NCBI GenBank assembly: GCA_963805625.1
Contig: CAWDVE010000010.1
Location: 1,536,001-1,600,000 of the forward strand
Source: an uncultured Candidatus Rokubacteria bacterium
GTDB taxonomy: Bacteria > Methylomirabilota > Methylomirabilia > Rokubacteriales > DASRDR01
DNA: 64,000 nucleotides
Direction: 5' to 3'
Part shown: positions 19,584 to 28,929 of the stretch, piece by piece
How the letters are laid out: every line of letters begins with the position of its first letter
Numbering within the stretch: the first letter of the stretch is position 1
Program-made: the position numbers and the translations under genes
The notes under the pieces: model-generated
What the model was told of the DNA's origin: nothing
The model's input: the letters and a program-made list of their open reading frames with translations, nothing else
Database searches by the model: none

Positions 19584-21203
19584 ATGGAGGTGTTCACGAT
19601 GATGAGACTCGGATTGCCGTCCCTCGCCGCCGCCGTCCTTGCCGGACTCGCCGCCGCCGCGCCCGCCGTCGCCCAGCAGCATGCGGGCCACGAGAAGCTC
19701 GGCCGGGTCAACTTCGCCAATACCTGCAGCCCGGCGGTCCAGGCAGACCTGAACCGTGCCGTGGCCCTCCTCCACTCCTTCTGGTGGGGTGCCACGGTCA
19801 AGGCGTTCAACGAGGTCGCGCAAAAGGACCCGTCTTGCGGGATCGCCCACTGGGGCGCCGCCATGGCCTTGCTCGACAACCCCTTCGTCTGGCCGCCCTC
19901 CCCCAAGGCCCTGGCCGACGGCGCCGCCGCCGTCGGGCGCGCCCGGGCCGCCGGGGCGAAAAGCCAGCGGGAGCTCGACTACATCGCGGCGATCGAGGTC
20001 TTCTACAAGGACCACGACAAGGTTGACCACCGGACGCGGGCCGTGGCCTACGAGAAGGCGATGGAGCAGCTGTCGGCGCGGTATCCGGACGACCGCGAGG
20101 CCGCCATCTTCTACGCGATCGCGTTGAACGCCACCGCGGTGGCGACCGACAAGACGTACGCCCAGCAGCTCAAGGCCGCCGGAATCCTCGAAGGCGTGTT
20201 CCGCGAGCAGCCGGACCATCCAGGCGCGGCGCACTACCTGATCCACAGCTACGACTACCCGGCGATCGCAGACAAGGGGCTCATCGCCGCCCGGCGCTAC
20301 GCGACCATCGCCCCGGCGGCACCGCACGCCCAGCACATGCCCTCCCACATCTTCACCCGGCGCGGGTACTGGGAGGACTCGATCCGCTCGAACCTTGCCT
20401 CGGCGGCCGCCGCTGATAACGATTTCGACCGCTTCCACGCCTGGGACTACCTGGCCTACGGCTATCTCCAGCTCGGTCAGGACCGGGCGGCCCGCGGCGT
20501 CCTCGACCAGATCCTCTCGGTCGAGAAGCCCAACGTCCTGAACTTCCCGGTGGCCTTTGCGCTGGCGGCCATTCCGGCGCGCTACGCGCTCGAGCGTGGT
20601 CAGTGGGCGGAGGGCGGCAGCCTGGTTCTGCGTCCCGGGGACTTCCCGTGGGCGCGCTTCCCGCAGTCCGAGGCGATCCTCGTCTTCGCGCGCGGTCTCG
20701 GCGCGGCCCGGAGCGGGAATCTCGCCCAGGCCCGGGAGGACCAGGTGCGGCTCGCGGCGCTGCGGGATGCCTTGCTGGCCGCGAAGGTCGGCTACTGGGC
20801 CGACCAGGTGGACATCCAGCGGCTTCTGGTGGCGGGCTCGATCGCACGAGCGGAGGGCCGCATCGACGACGCCCTCCAGCTGATCCGTGCGGCAGCGGAC
20901 CGGGAGGACGCCACGGAGAAGCATCCCGTCACGCCGGGGTCGATCGTACCCGCGCGCGAGGTGCTCGGTGAGGTCCTGCTCGACCTCGGCCGGCCGGCCG
21001 AGGCCCTCCGCGAGTTCGAGGCATCCCAGCAGAGGGAGCCCAACCGCCTCCGCGGCTACTACGGGGTGGCGCGCGCCGCGGAGCTGTCAGGCGACACCGC
21101 CAAGGCGAAGGCCCAGTACGGTCAGCTCCTGACCCTCACCGCGCAGGCGGACAGCGAGCGGCCGGAGGTCGCCCAAGCGAAGGCCTTCCTCGCGAAGCCC
21201 TGA
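19584..21203 (+). CDS. Exported TPR-like helical protein
   Basis: Signal peptide; LGRVNF..TC, ALLHSFW, PDHPGAAHYLIH, HAQHMPSHIF, PNRLR. Confidence 0.8.
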   Translation: MEVFTMMRLGLPSLAAAVLAGLAAAAPAVAQQHAGHEKLGRVNFANTCSPAVQADLNRAVALLHSFWWGATVKAFNEVAQKDPSCGIAHWGAAMALLDNPFVWPPSPKALADGAAAVGRARAAGAKSQRELDYIAAIEVFYKDHDKVDHRTRAVAYEKAMEQLSARYPDDREAAIFYAIALNATAVATDKTYAQQLKAAGILEGVFREQPDHPGAAHYLIHSYDYPAIADKGLIAARRYATIAPAAPHAQHMPSHIFTRRGYWEDSIRSNLASAAAADNDFDRFHAWDYLAYGYLQLGQDRAARGVLDQILSVEKPNVLNFPVAFALAAIPARYALERGQWAEGGSLVLRPGDFPWARFPQSEAILVFARGLGAARSGNLAQAREDQVRLAALRDALLAAKVGYWADQVDIQRLLVAGSIARAEGRIDDALQLIRAAADREDATEKHPVTPGSIVPAREVLGEVLLDLGRPAEALREFEASQQREPNRLRGYYGVARAAELSGDTAKAKAQYGQLLTLTAQADSERPEVAQAKAFLAKP

Positions 21204-21261
21204 CGAGCCGGAAGACCGGCGAGCCGGCGCCCTCGGTCCGTCGCCGGCGAGCGGACGCTGA

Positions 21262-21300
21262 CAAGAAGACGGCGCAGGGCATGAGCCCTACGCCGTCTTC
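21262..21300 (-). terminator. Intrinsic terminator-like hairpin between convergent genes
   Basis: GAAGACGGCGTAGGGC-TCAT-GCCCTGCGCCGTCTTC followed by TTGT on the minus strand. Confidence 0.7.
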
Positions 21301-21369
21301 GGCTACCTGGCCACCGCGGACGCGCGCCCGGAGGGCTGCGCTGCGGTTGCTGTCAGCAGTACGTGACCG

Positions 21370-21738
21370 TTACCAGCGGGGCGTGCGGCGCGGACCGCCG
21401 CCGTAACCGCCGCCACCGCCGCCACCAAACCCGCCACCCGATCGCGATCCGCCCGGGCGTCCGCCGCCGGGGCGCCCGCCGCCGCCAGCTCCCTGGGGGT
21501 TCGCGACGTTGACCGTGAGGCGCCGCCCTTCGAAGGGCTTGTCGTTCAACTTCGAAATGGCAGCCTGACCATCGGCCTCGGTCGCCATTTCGACGAACCC
21601 GAAGCCGCGCGACTGGCCGGTCGCCCGGTCGGTAATCACCGTGGCGGACTCGACCGTCCCGCACTGGGCGAAGTACTCCCGAAGACTCTCGGACGTGGTG
21701 GAATAGGACAGGCCGCCGACGAACAGCTTGGTCGCCAC
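21370..21738 (-). CDS. RRM RNA-binding protein with Gly-rich tail
   Basis: RNP2 KLFVGGL, RNP1 RGFGFVEM; AGGAGG RBS before GTG. Confidence 0.95.
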   Translation of the reverse strand: MATKLFVGGLSYSTTSESLREYFAQCGTVESATVITDRATGQSRGFGFVEMATEADGQAAISKLNDKPFEGRRLTVNVANPQGAGGGGRPGGGRPGGSRSGGGFGGGGGGGYGGGPRRTPRW

Positions 21739-21975
21739 AGGGGCGCCTCCTTCGGAGCCCCGAGCCCTATAGATGCCCGGAGCCATCACTCTTCCGCACT
21801 TCTCTCTGCGCCCCTGACATGCGGAAGAGTGGCCTATCGGAGGCGAGGTCCACGCCCGAATGGCGCGGTACGGCAACGTCAGTTTAGCACGGAGAATCCT
21901 CCCTCGCCGGGGTGGATGGGAAAGGGGGTCGCGCCCACGGGGTCCCCGGCCCCGGGGCCAGCCGGTCCGAGCTGC

Positions 21976-23334
21976 TCAGACCAAGGCCGCCGGGGCCGCC
22001 GTGAATCCGATCGCCATCTCGGCCCAGCGGGCCGCGGCCAGGAGCCGTGCCTCCTCGAACGCGCCCCCGATGAGCTGGGTGCCGAGCGGGAGCCCATCGG
22101 CCGCGAGGCCGGTCGGCACGGACACCGTGGGCACCCCGAGCCCGGTCCAGGGGCCGTTGAAGGCAGCGTCGCCGGTCGTGCTCCGGTCGGGGGCCGGCCC
22201 CAGGGCCGACGGCATGACGAGCGCGTCGTACTGGGCGAGGAGCGGGGCCAGGTCCTGGCGGGCCTGACGCCGGATCCGCTGGGCGCGGAGGTAGACGTCG
22301 GCCGGGATGCACTGCCCGAGCTCGACTCCGGCGCGGATGCGGGGGCGATAGGCATCCGCATGCCGCCGGTGGGAGTCTGCGTGAGCCGCGCCGGCCTCTG
22401 CACGGGAGACCGTGATGACGGCCGAGTAGAGCGCCGTCATGAGCGGCGGGAGCCGAACGGGCTCGACGTACGCCCCGCGTGCCTCGAGCGTCCGCGCGAC
22501 CTCGCCCAGATGGGCTCGGGCCTCCTGCGTCGCGCGCTCGAGGAAGGGCTCCCCGATCAGGCCGAGTCGCGGGGGACGCCCCGGCGGGGCGGCCACCACC
22601 GTCGCCACATCGGGAGGCGACGCGGTCGCGGAGCCAGGGTCCGCGGAATCGTGTCCGGCAAGAACCGACAGGACCAGGGCGGCGTCCCCCACCGAGCGCG
22701 CGAAGAGGCCCACGTGATCAAGCGACCACGCGAGCGGGACGACGCCGCGCCGGCTCACGCGGCCGTATGTCGGCTTCAAGCCGACCACACCGCAGAAGGC
22801 CGCCGGCCGGAGTACGGAGCCGACGGTCTGGGACCCGAGGGCGACCGGAACCATCCGGGCCGCGACCGCGGCGGCCGAGCCCGCGGACGAGCCCCCGGGC
22901 GTCCGGGCCGCGTTCCAGGGGTTCCGCGTCACGGCGGGGTCGCTGAACGCGAACTCGGTCGTCTGGAGCTTGCCTAGGATCACCGCGCCCGCCGCGCGGA
23001 GGCGTCCCACGCACGGGGCGTCCTCGCGGGGAACGGTGTCGGCGAAGCCACGCGCCCCCGAAGTTGTCGTGAGCCCCGCCGCGTGGATGATGTCCTTCAG
23101 CCCCACGGGCACCCCGTGAAGGGGCCCTCGGAACCGAGCCTCGCGCGCCTCGACGTCCAGCCGCCGGGCGGCCTCGAGGGCGCCCGGCCGGTCGACCACC
23201 ACCCAGGCCTGGATCTGCGCCTCGCAGGCGTCGATGCGGCCGAGGCAGGCCTCGACCAGATCGACGGCCGAGAGCCGGCCCTCGCGGATTGCGGCGGCGG
23301 CGGCGACGATTGACAGCTCGAAGGGCGCCGTCAT
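21976..23334 (-). CDS. Amidase signature family protein
   Basis: GPLHGVPVGLKD, GGSSAGS, GSQTVGSVLRPAAFCG. Confidence 0.93.
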   Translation of the reverse strand: MTAPFELSIVAAAAAIREGRLSAVDLVEACLGRIDACEAQIQAWVVVDRPGALEAARRLDVEAREARFRGPLHGVPVGLKDIIHAAGLTTTSGARGFADTVPREDAPCVGRLRAAGAVILGKLQTTEFAFSDPAVTRNPWNAARTPGGSSAGSAAAVAARMVPVALGSQTVGSVLRPAAFCGVVGLKPTYGRVSRRGVVPLAWSLDHVGLFARSVGDAALVLSVLAGHDSADPGSATASPPDVATVVAAPPGRPPRLGLIGEPFLERATQEARAHLGEVARTLEARGAYVEPVRLPPLMTALYSAVITVSRAEAGAAHADSHRRHADAYRPRIRAGVELGQCIPADVYLRAQRIRRQARQDLAPLLAQYDALVMPSALGPAPDRSTTGDAAFNGPWTGLGVPTVSVPTGLAADGLPLGTQLIGGAFEEARLLAAARWAEMAIGFTAAPAALV

Positions 23335-23525
23335 CGGCGGTCTCCCTCGAGGAGGAAGAACGCTGGCTCGGTCTCCGCGGGCAGCTCCGCCGCGGCGACC
23401 TCGGCCAGGTCGGCAGCCAGCGCGTCGATGTCGCGCCCAAGTGCTGCCGCGCGGTCAGGGCCGAACCGCCGCGTCACCTCGGCAGTGAGGAACAGTCGCA
23501 TCGCCTCCCGCCCGCGCTCGTGCAT
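23331..23525 (-). CDS. Small protein translationally coupled to the amidase
   Basis: ATGA overlap with amidase start; ends ..ELPAETEPAFF.. Confidence 0.6.
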   Translation of the reverse strand: MHERGREAMRLFLTAEVTRRFGPDRAAALGRDIDALAADLAEVAAAELPAETEPAFFLLEGDRR

Positions 23526-23676
23526 TCGCTCGCCTCCCCTGAGGAATCGGTCCGCCACCACCGGCCGCCATCGCGGCTCTCTGGCTATCACCGGGCGTGG
23601 AGCGCGTCAAGGCGGGTCGCGGTTGACAGGGCCCGAGGCCTCGGCGACGATGCCTCGCACACCCGGAGGAAGATCG

Positions 23677-24136
23677 ATGGCTGAACGATTCGACGCGGTC
23701 GTGGTCGGCGGCGGGCACAACGGTCTGGTTGCCGCCACCTATCTCGCCCGCGGCGGGCTGAAGGTGCTGGTGCTGGAGCGCCGGCCGATGGTCGGCGGAG
23801 CCTGCGTGACCGAGGAGCTGTTCCCCGGCTACCGGCTCTCGTCCTGCTCGTACCTCTGCCACCTGCTCCAGGAGCAAGTGATCCGGGATCTCGACCTCCC
23901 GCGGCACGGCTTCAAGGTATTCCCGCTCGAGCCGGCCCGCTTCCACCCCTTCCCTGACGGCCGCCACCTCGTCGTGTGGGAGGACGTCGGCCGCACGGCG
24001 GCGGAGATCGAGCGCTACTCGCTACCTGTGCGGTGCCGGCACCCACCCGGGGGGCGAGGTCACCGGCGCACCGGGGCACAATGCCGCACACGCGATCCTG
24101 AAGGATCTCCTCCGGGACGTGGCCGGCGGCGACTGA
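23677..24136 (+). pseudogene. Phytoene-dehydrogenase-like FAD oxidoreductase with large internal deletion
   Basis: N-terminus VVGGGHNGLVAA...LERR..VGG joined at about 24021, out of frame, to the family C-terminus [22 protein letters not shown]. Confidence 0.85.
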
Positions 24137-24176
24137 TCGGGGCGGCAGCCCCGCCGCCGGGCCGTCGTCCGCCGGA

Positions 24177-26543
24177 TCAGCCCGTCTCGCCTGGGCGCCG
24201 GCGGGATCGGGCGTAGAGGAAGGACGCGATCAGCAGGGCCGCGCCGAGTACCAGAACCGACAGGATGCGGTAGAGCGCGTCGAGGCCCGCCAGGTCCACG
24301 ACGAGCACCTTCAGCACGGTCACGCTGAAGAGCAGGATTGCGCCCACCCTGAGGGGCGCGTAGTCCCGCCAGAGTCCCCAGGCCATCGCCGTGAACGCGT
24401 ACACCGCCCACAGCACGGAGAGGGCCGCGCTGCGGAGCTTCGCGGGGTCCAGGCGGGTCTCGGGCAACGGCGCCAGCACGACCTCGACGCTCAGGTTCCA
24501 GAGGAGCAGGAGAGCCGCGCCGATCGAGCTCACGGCCCCCAATCGTTGGCGGGCGCGCTCTCCCAGGTACGGCACGGTCTCGGCCACCTGGCCGTAGAGC
24601 CAGGTGAGCACGACCAGGAGACAGCCGGCCAGGAAACGCGGGTTCCCGATCGCCGGCCGGAGGGACGGCTGGACGCGGGCCCAGCGGTCAGTTCCGCCCA
24701 GGGCTTCCCCGACGAGCGCGAGCAGCAGGAGCGTCGCGACGCCGAGCAGGACGCGCGTCTCGTCGCCGCGGGCCAGGGCCAAGAGCACCATCGTGGCCAG
24801 CATCCAGACGACGGACTTCACCACGGGGACGTATGGCGGCGGGATGGCGAGCGTGCGGAACTGGCCGAGCTCCACGGTCAGGAGAAGCGCCGCGCTCCCG
24901 ACCGCGACCAGGAGCAGGAGCGGGCGTGCGAAGCGCTCCCACCCGCCGAGGGTCGTGCCGCCGCGCTCGCGAGCCCGGTAGACGAGGGCGCCGACGACGG
25001 CCGTCACCACGACCGCGAGGGTGGCCGGCAGCGCCGGGTGCGCGACGAGGAACGTCCCCGCCTGGCCGGCGTTCTCCCCGAGCGCCTCGAACCAACGCCC
25101 CCACGCGAGCGCGCTGATCGCGAGACCGCCCGCGCGAAGCCCCGGCGCGTTCAGGGCAAAGCCGCCGATCAGGAGTACCAGCCCCTCCACGCTCCAGGCG
25201 ATCACCAGGTCGTGTCGCCCGAGGGTCACAGCGGGCGCCAGCGCCAGGAAGGCCAGCGCGAGCGCGCGGTGGAGCAGCGCGACGCGGGGGCCACCGCGCT
25301 CGCTCCGGGCCGCTACGCGCGCCGCCACCAGGTACGTCCCCGCGAGGGCAAGCGCCAGGAGAGCCAGGCGACGCCCCGACGGGTCGTCCAGGATGCGTCG
25401 TGCGGCGGCGAAGTAGAGGGCCGGCGCCCCGAGGATGATCAGCGTCCGGCCGAGCCGGACGGCGCCAGCGGACCGCTCGCTCCCCGAGCCCCTGAGGGCC
25501 CAGGCCGCGAAGGCGAGGAAGAACACGGTCGCCCATCCGAGGGCGACGGGGAGCCGTGGAGCCTGGTACCAGCGGTCGAGCCAGCCCCAGTAGAGGACCT
25601 GGGTCCCCGCGAACGCGAGCAGCGCGAGCCCCGGCCACCCCCGCCGGGACGCGAGAAGCAGCACGCCGAGATCGAGGATGGCGAGGTACGTGAACAGGGC
25701 GCCAGCGGCGTCGGTGTCGGTGTTGAGGATGATCGGCGTCAGGAGCCCGCCCAGGGTCGCGAGGACCGCCAGGGCGCGGGAGTCCAGCCGGAGCGCCGTT
25801 GCGAAGCCCACGGCGGTCGCGAGGGCCATCGCCACGAAGGCCATCGGCGCCCCCACGAGCGCATAGAACGCGTGGGCGGCATAGAGGGAGAGGTAGATGA
25901 TCCCGATCCCGACCGCCACGAGGCTCTGGGCCGGCAGGCGGTAGGTCGCGCCACCGGCGAGTCTCACACCCCCGGCCGTCATCGCGACTCCTGCCACGAG
26001 TCCCGCCAGGACGCGACCCTTGGCCCCGATCCACTCCTGCTCGAAGGCGTGCTTGAGGAAGAATCCCACTCCGAGGAAGAAGAGGACCGCCCCGACACGC
26101 GAGAGCCAGGTCCCGCCCAGCCGACCCTCCCACTGACCCACGCCGGCAACGGGCTCTGGCTCCGGCGCGCTCGGCGGAACGGGAGACGCCTCGGCCGCCG
26201 CCGCACCGCCCATCGCGAGGTCCGCCGCCACGGCTCCCGGAGCCGAGACCTCCGGGGTCATCACGGCCGGGCCGGCTTCGAGGCCGGGCAGGGTCTCCTG
26301 CGTGTCGGGTACGGAAGGCGATGACCGGACCGGCTCAACCGCCTCGACCGCCCCCGGCGCCGTCGGAGCGGCGCCGGCATGCGGCGCGCCCGGGCGCTGC
26401 TCCAGGCTGGCCAGGCGAGCCTCCAGCCGGCGCACCCGGCTCCTCAAAGTCAGGAGCACCAAGATGAGGACGAGGACGATGATGGGGGTCGCGAAGAAGA
26501 GAAGCCCGAGCGCGACCAGCGGGACGATCGGCAACCCAGTCAT
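24177..26543 (-). CDS. DUF2339-like polytopic membrane protein
   Basis: WEGRLGGTWLSRVG..FFLK, GGLLTP, K..VVDL..L..LYRILS; many TM segments. Confidence 0.85.
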   Translation of the reverse strand: MTGLPIVPLVALGLLFFATPIIVLVLILVLLTLRSRVRRLEARLASLEQRPGAPHAGAAPTAPGAVEAVEPVRSSPSVPDTQETLPGLEAGPAVMTPEVSAPGAVAADLAMGGAAAAEASPVPPSAPEPEPVAGVGQWEGRLGGTWLSRVGAVLFFLGVGFFLKHAFEQEWIGAKGRVLAGLVAGVAMTAGGVRLAGGATYRLPAQSLVAVGIGIIYLSLYAAHAFYALVGAPMAFVAMALATAVGFATALRLDSRALAVLATLGGLLTPIILNTDTDAAGALFTYLAILDLGVLLLASRRGWPGLALLAFAGTQVLYWGWLDRWYQAPRLPVALGWATVFFLAFAAWALRGSGSERSAGAVRLGRTLIILGAPALYFAAARRILDDPSGRRLALLALALAGTYLVAARVAARSERGGPRVALLHRALALAFLALAPAVTLGRHDLVIAWSVEGLVLLIGGFALNAPGLRAGGLAISALAWGRWFEALGENAGQAGTFLVAHPALPATLAVVVTAVVGALVYRARERGGTTLGGWERFARPLLLLVAVGSAALLLTVELGQFRTLAIPPPYVPVVKSVVWMLATMVLLALARGDETRVLLGVATLLLLALVGEALGGTDRWARVQPSLRPAIGNPRFLAGCLLVVLTWLYGQVAETVPYLGERARQRLGAVSSIGAALLLLWNLSVEVVLAPLPETRLDPAKLRSAALSVLWAVYAFTAMAWGLWRDYAPLRVGAILLFSVTVLKVLVVDLAGLDALYRILSVLVLGAALLIASFLYARSRRRPGETG

Positions 26544-26679
26544 GTGCTCTCTCGGCTGCCATGATAGCGCCGGAGCCACGAGGCGCCATGGAAGTCCGGG
26601 AGGACTGCGGAAATCAGGACAGCCCGGGAACTCGGGAACTCGCTAGGGGCGGGGGCGCCAGGGCCCCCGCATCGCCTCT

Positions 26680-27936
26680 TCAGGTCTCGTCGGCCCAGAT
26701 TGCGGCGGGCTCCTGGCGGCGCCGGAGAAGGCGCAAGGTGCCGTCCGACTCCAGCATGACCTCGGGGGCGCGGGGGTAGGAATTGTAGTTGATCGTGGAC
26801 ATCGCGGCACAATAGGCACCGGCGCCGCTCACCACGACTAGGTCGCCGATCTGGGGGCGGGGCACCCAGCGGGGTCCCAGGGCCTCGGGCTCGCCCGGCG
26901 CCGGCGTGAGGATGTCACCCGACTCACAGCAGGGGCCCACGAAGACGACCGCGGCCGCCTCCCTTCCCTGGGCGAGGACGTCGATCGGATGCTGAGCGCC
27001 GTAGAGCGACGGACGCGTGACCTCGGTCATGCCAGTGTCGAGCTTGGCGAACAGGTACCCTTCGCGCCCGGTGTCCACCACGTCGACGCAGCTGGCCACC
27101 ACCGCACCGGCGCGCGCGACGAGGTACGTGCCGGGCTCGATCTCGAGACCGAGGCGCCGGCCGTCCCGGGCCTGGAAGGCCAGGAGCTCGGCGCGCACGT
27201 GCGCGCCCACGTCGGCGAGGTCGACCGTCGGCTCCTCGGGCATGCGGCCGACCTTGAACCCGCCCCCCAGGTTGACGGCCCCCACCTCGGGGAGCTTCGC
27301 CGCCAGCTCGAGCGTCATCCGGATGCAGCGCTTCCAGATCTCCGGGTCGGTGCCCGAGCCCACGTGCGAGTGAAGCCGCGTGATGCGCAGACGGTAGCGC
27401 TCCGCCACCGTCTTGACCTCGTCCAGATACTCGTGCCAGATCCCGAAGCTTGCCGCGGGTCCGCCGGTGTTGGTGCGCTTGGTGGAGCCGGTCCCCAGCC
27501 CCGGATTCATCCGGACCGACACCTCGCTCCCGGGAGCGACCCGCCCGAAGCTGTCGAGCTGGTAAACGGAGCACGCGTTGAACAGGACGCCCCGCCGGAC
27601 GTGCTCGGCCAGCCGCCGCGACGGCATCTGGGAGGTGAGCTGGATCTCCGCCGGCGCGAATCCCGCCTGGATCGCCCGCTCGACCTCGAAGTCGCTCGAC
27701 GCGTCGATGTGGAGACCCAGCGCGCGGAACACCTGGAGGATCCCGCGAGACGGGTTCGCCTTCATCGCGTAGCGCAGGGTGAAGCCGAAGGGCGTCGGGA
27801 AGGCCAGGGCCGCGCGAGCAGCCGCTTCGAGAGCGGCGCGGTCGTAGACGTAGCAAGGGGTGCCGAAGCGCGTGCGCACCTCGGCGGCGACCTCGTAGCT
27901 GAGGAACGGGGTGGCGGACGTGATCGTGTGGTCCAT
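26680..27936 (-). CDS. lysA: Diaminopimelate decarboxylase
   Basis: GTPCYVYD, YAMKAN (PLP Lys), HSHVGSG, NLGGG, EPGTY, GPCCESGD, GAY. Confidence 0.92.
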   Translation of the reverse strand: MDHTITSATPFLSYEVAAEVRTRFGTPCYVYDRAALEAAARAALAFPTPFGFTLRYAMKANPSRGILQVFRALGLHIDASSDFEVERAIQAGFAPAEIQLTSQMPSRRLAEHVRRGVLFNACSVYQLDSFGRVAPGSEVSVRMNPGLGTGSTKRTNTGGPAASFGIWHEYLDEVKTVAERYRLRITRLHSHVGSGTDPEIWKRCIRMTLELAAKLPEVGAVNLGGGFKVGRMPEEPTVDLADVGAHVRAELLAFQARDGRRLGLEIEPGTYLVARAGAVVASCVDVVDTGREGYLFAKLDTGMTEVTRPSLYGAQHPIDVLAQGREAAAVVFVGPCCESGDILTPAPGEPEALGPRWVPRPQIGDLVVVSGAGAYCAAMSTINYNSYPRAPEVMLESDGTLRLLRRRQEPAAIWADET

Positions 27937-28091
27937 GGCCGCTCATCCTACCTCAGGACGGTGGCTCCTGCGCATCCGAGTCGGCCGAGCGGCCCTCACC
28001 CCTCTTGTCCGGGCCCCGGCCGTCCGCTAGAGTTGAGCCGGCCTCGAGGCCGCTCCCGACCCAGAACCATCTCTGACATCCAGGAGGTCCG

Positions 28092-28907
28092 GTGAAGGCG
28101 CGCGAGATCGTCGAGTACAACAAGCTCACCTGGCCCGAGATGAACGACGCGATCGAGCTCGGGAAGGTGGTCCTCCTCCCCACGGGCTCGACCGAGCAGC
28201 ACGGTGCTCACCTGCCCCTCGATACCGATCTGTTCCTGGTGGAGTCCGTGTGCCGGGAGCTCGGCCGCCGGGCGCCGGACAAGGTGCTCGTCCTGCCCGG
28301 CATCCCCTACGGGCTCAACATGCACCACTTCGACTTCCCGGGGACGATCCACGTCGAGCCTCAGCACTTCATCGACTTCTGCGCGGACGTGCTGAAGAGC
28401 GTCGCCTACCACGGGTTCCGGCGGATGGCGGTGATCAACGGGCACGGCTCGAACATGCCGATGGCCGACCTGATCGCGCGCCGGGTGGTGCTCGAGACCC
28501 CGGCCATCTGCTGCGCATTCGGCTACTACAACATGGGGCGAGACGAGAGTCTGAAGGGGCTCGAGAGCGGCGTGTACGCGCACGCGGACGAGTGGGAGAC
28601 CTCGCTCTACCTCCACTTCGACGCCGGGCGCGTCCAGATGGACAAGGCCGTCCAGGACACCGACCGGGTGGGACGGACGATGACCTCCGACAGCACGACC
28701 AACGTCCGGTTCAACGATTTCTGGGGCCGGTGGACCAAGACGGGCGTCCATGGCGACCCCACGAAGGCCAGCCGCGAGAAGGGCCGCCGGATTGCCGAGG
28801 CCATCATGAAGGAGATGCTGGTCTGGCTCGACGAGTTCCGGGCCTGGCCGATCGAGGGACGTCAGGACCAGCACCGGCTGCCGGTGCAGCGGGAGATCCG
28901 CTGGTGA
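28092..28907 (+). CDS. Creatininase family amidohydrolase
   Basis: EQHGAHLPLDTD, NGHGSN, HADEWETS, GDPTKAS.EKG. Confidence 0.92.
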   Translation: MKAREIVEYNKLTWPEMNDAIELGKVVLLPTGSTEQHGAHLPLDTDLFLVESVCRELGRRAPDKVLVLPGIPYGLNMHHFDFPGTIHVEPQHFIDFCADVLKSVAYHGFRRMAVINGHGSNMPMADLIARRVVLETPAICCAFGYYNMGRDESLKGLESGVYAHADEWETSLYLHFDAGRVQMDKAVQDTDRVGRTMTSDSTTNVRFNDFWGRWTKTGVHGDPTKASREKGRRIAEAIMKEMLVWLDEFRAWPIEGRQDQHRLPVQREIRW

Positions 28908-28929
28908 GACAACCAGGAGGGAGACGCTG

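Noticed and set aside
28092-28907. Mycofactocin MftE assignment for the creatininase
   Set aside because: No mftA-D or radical SAM genes in the window
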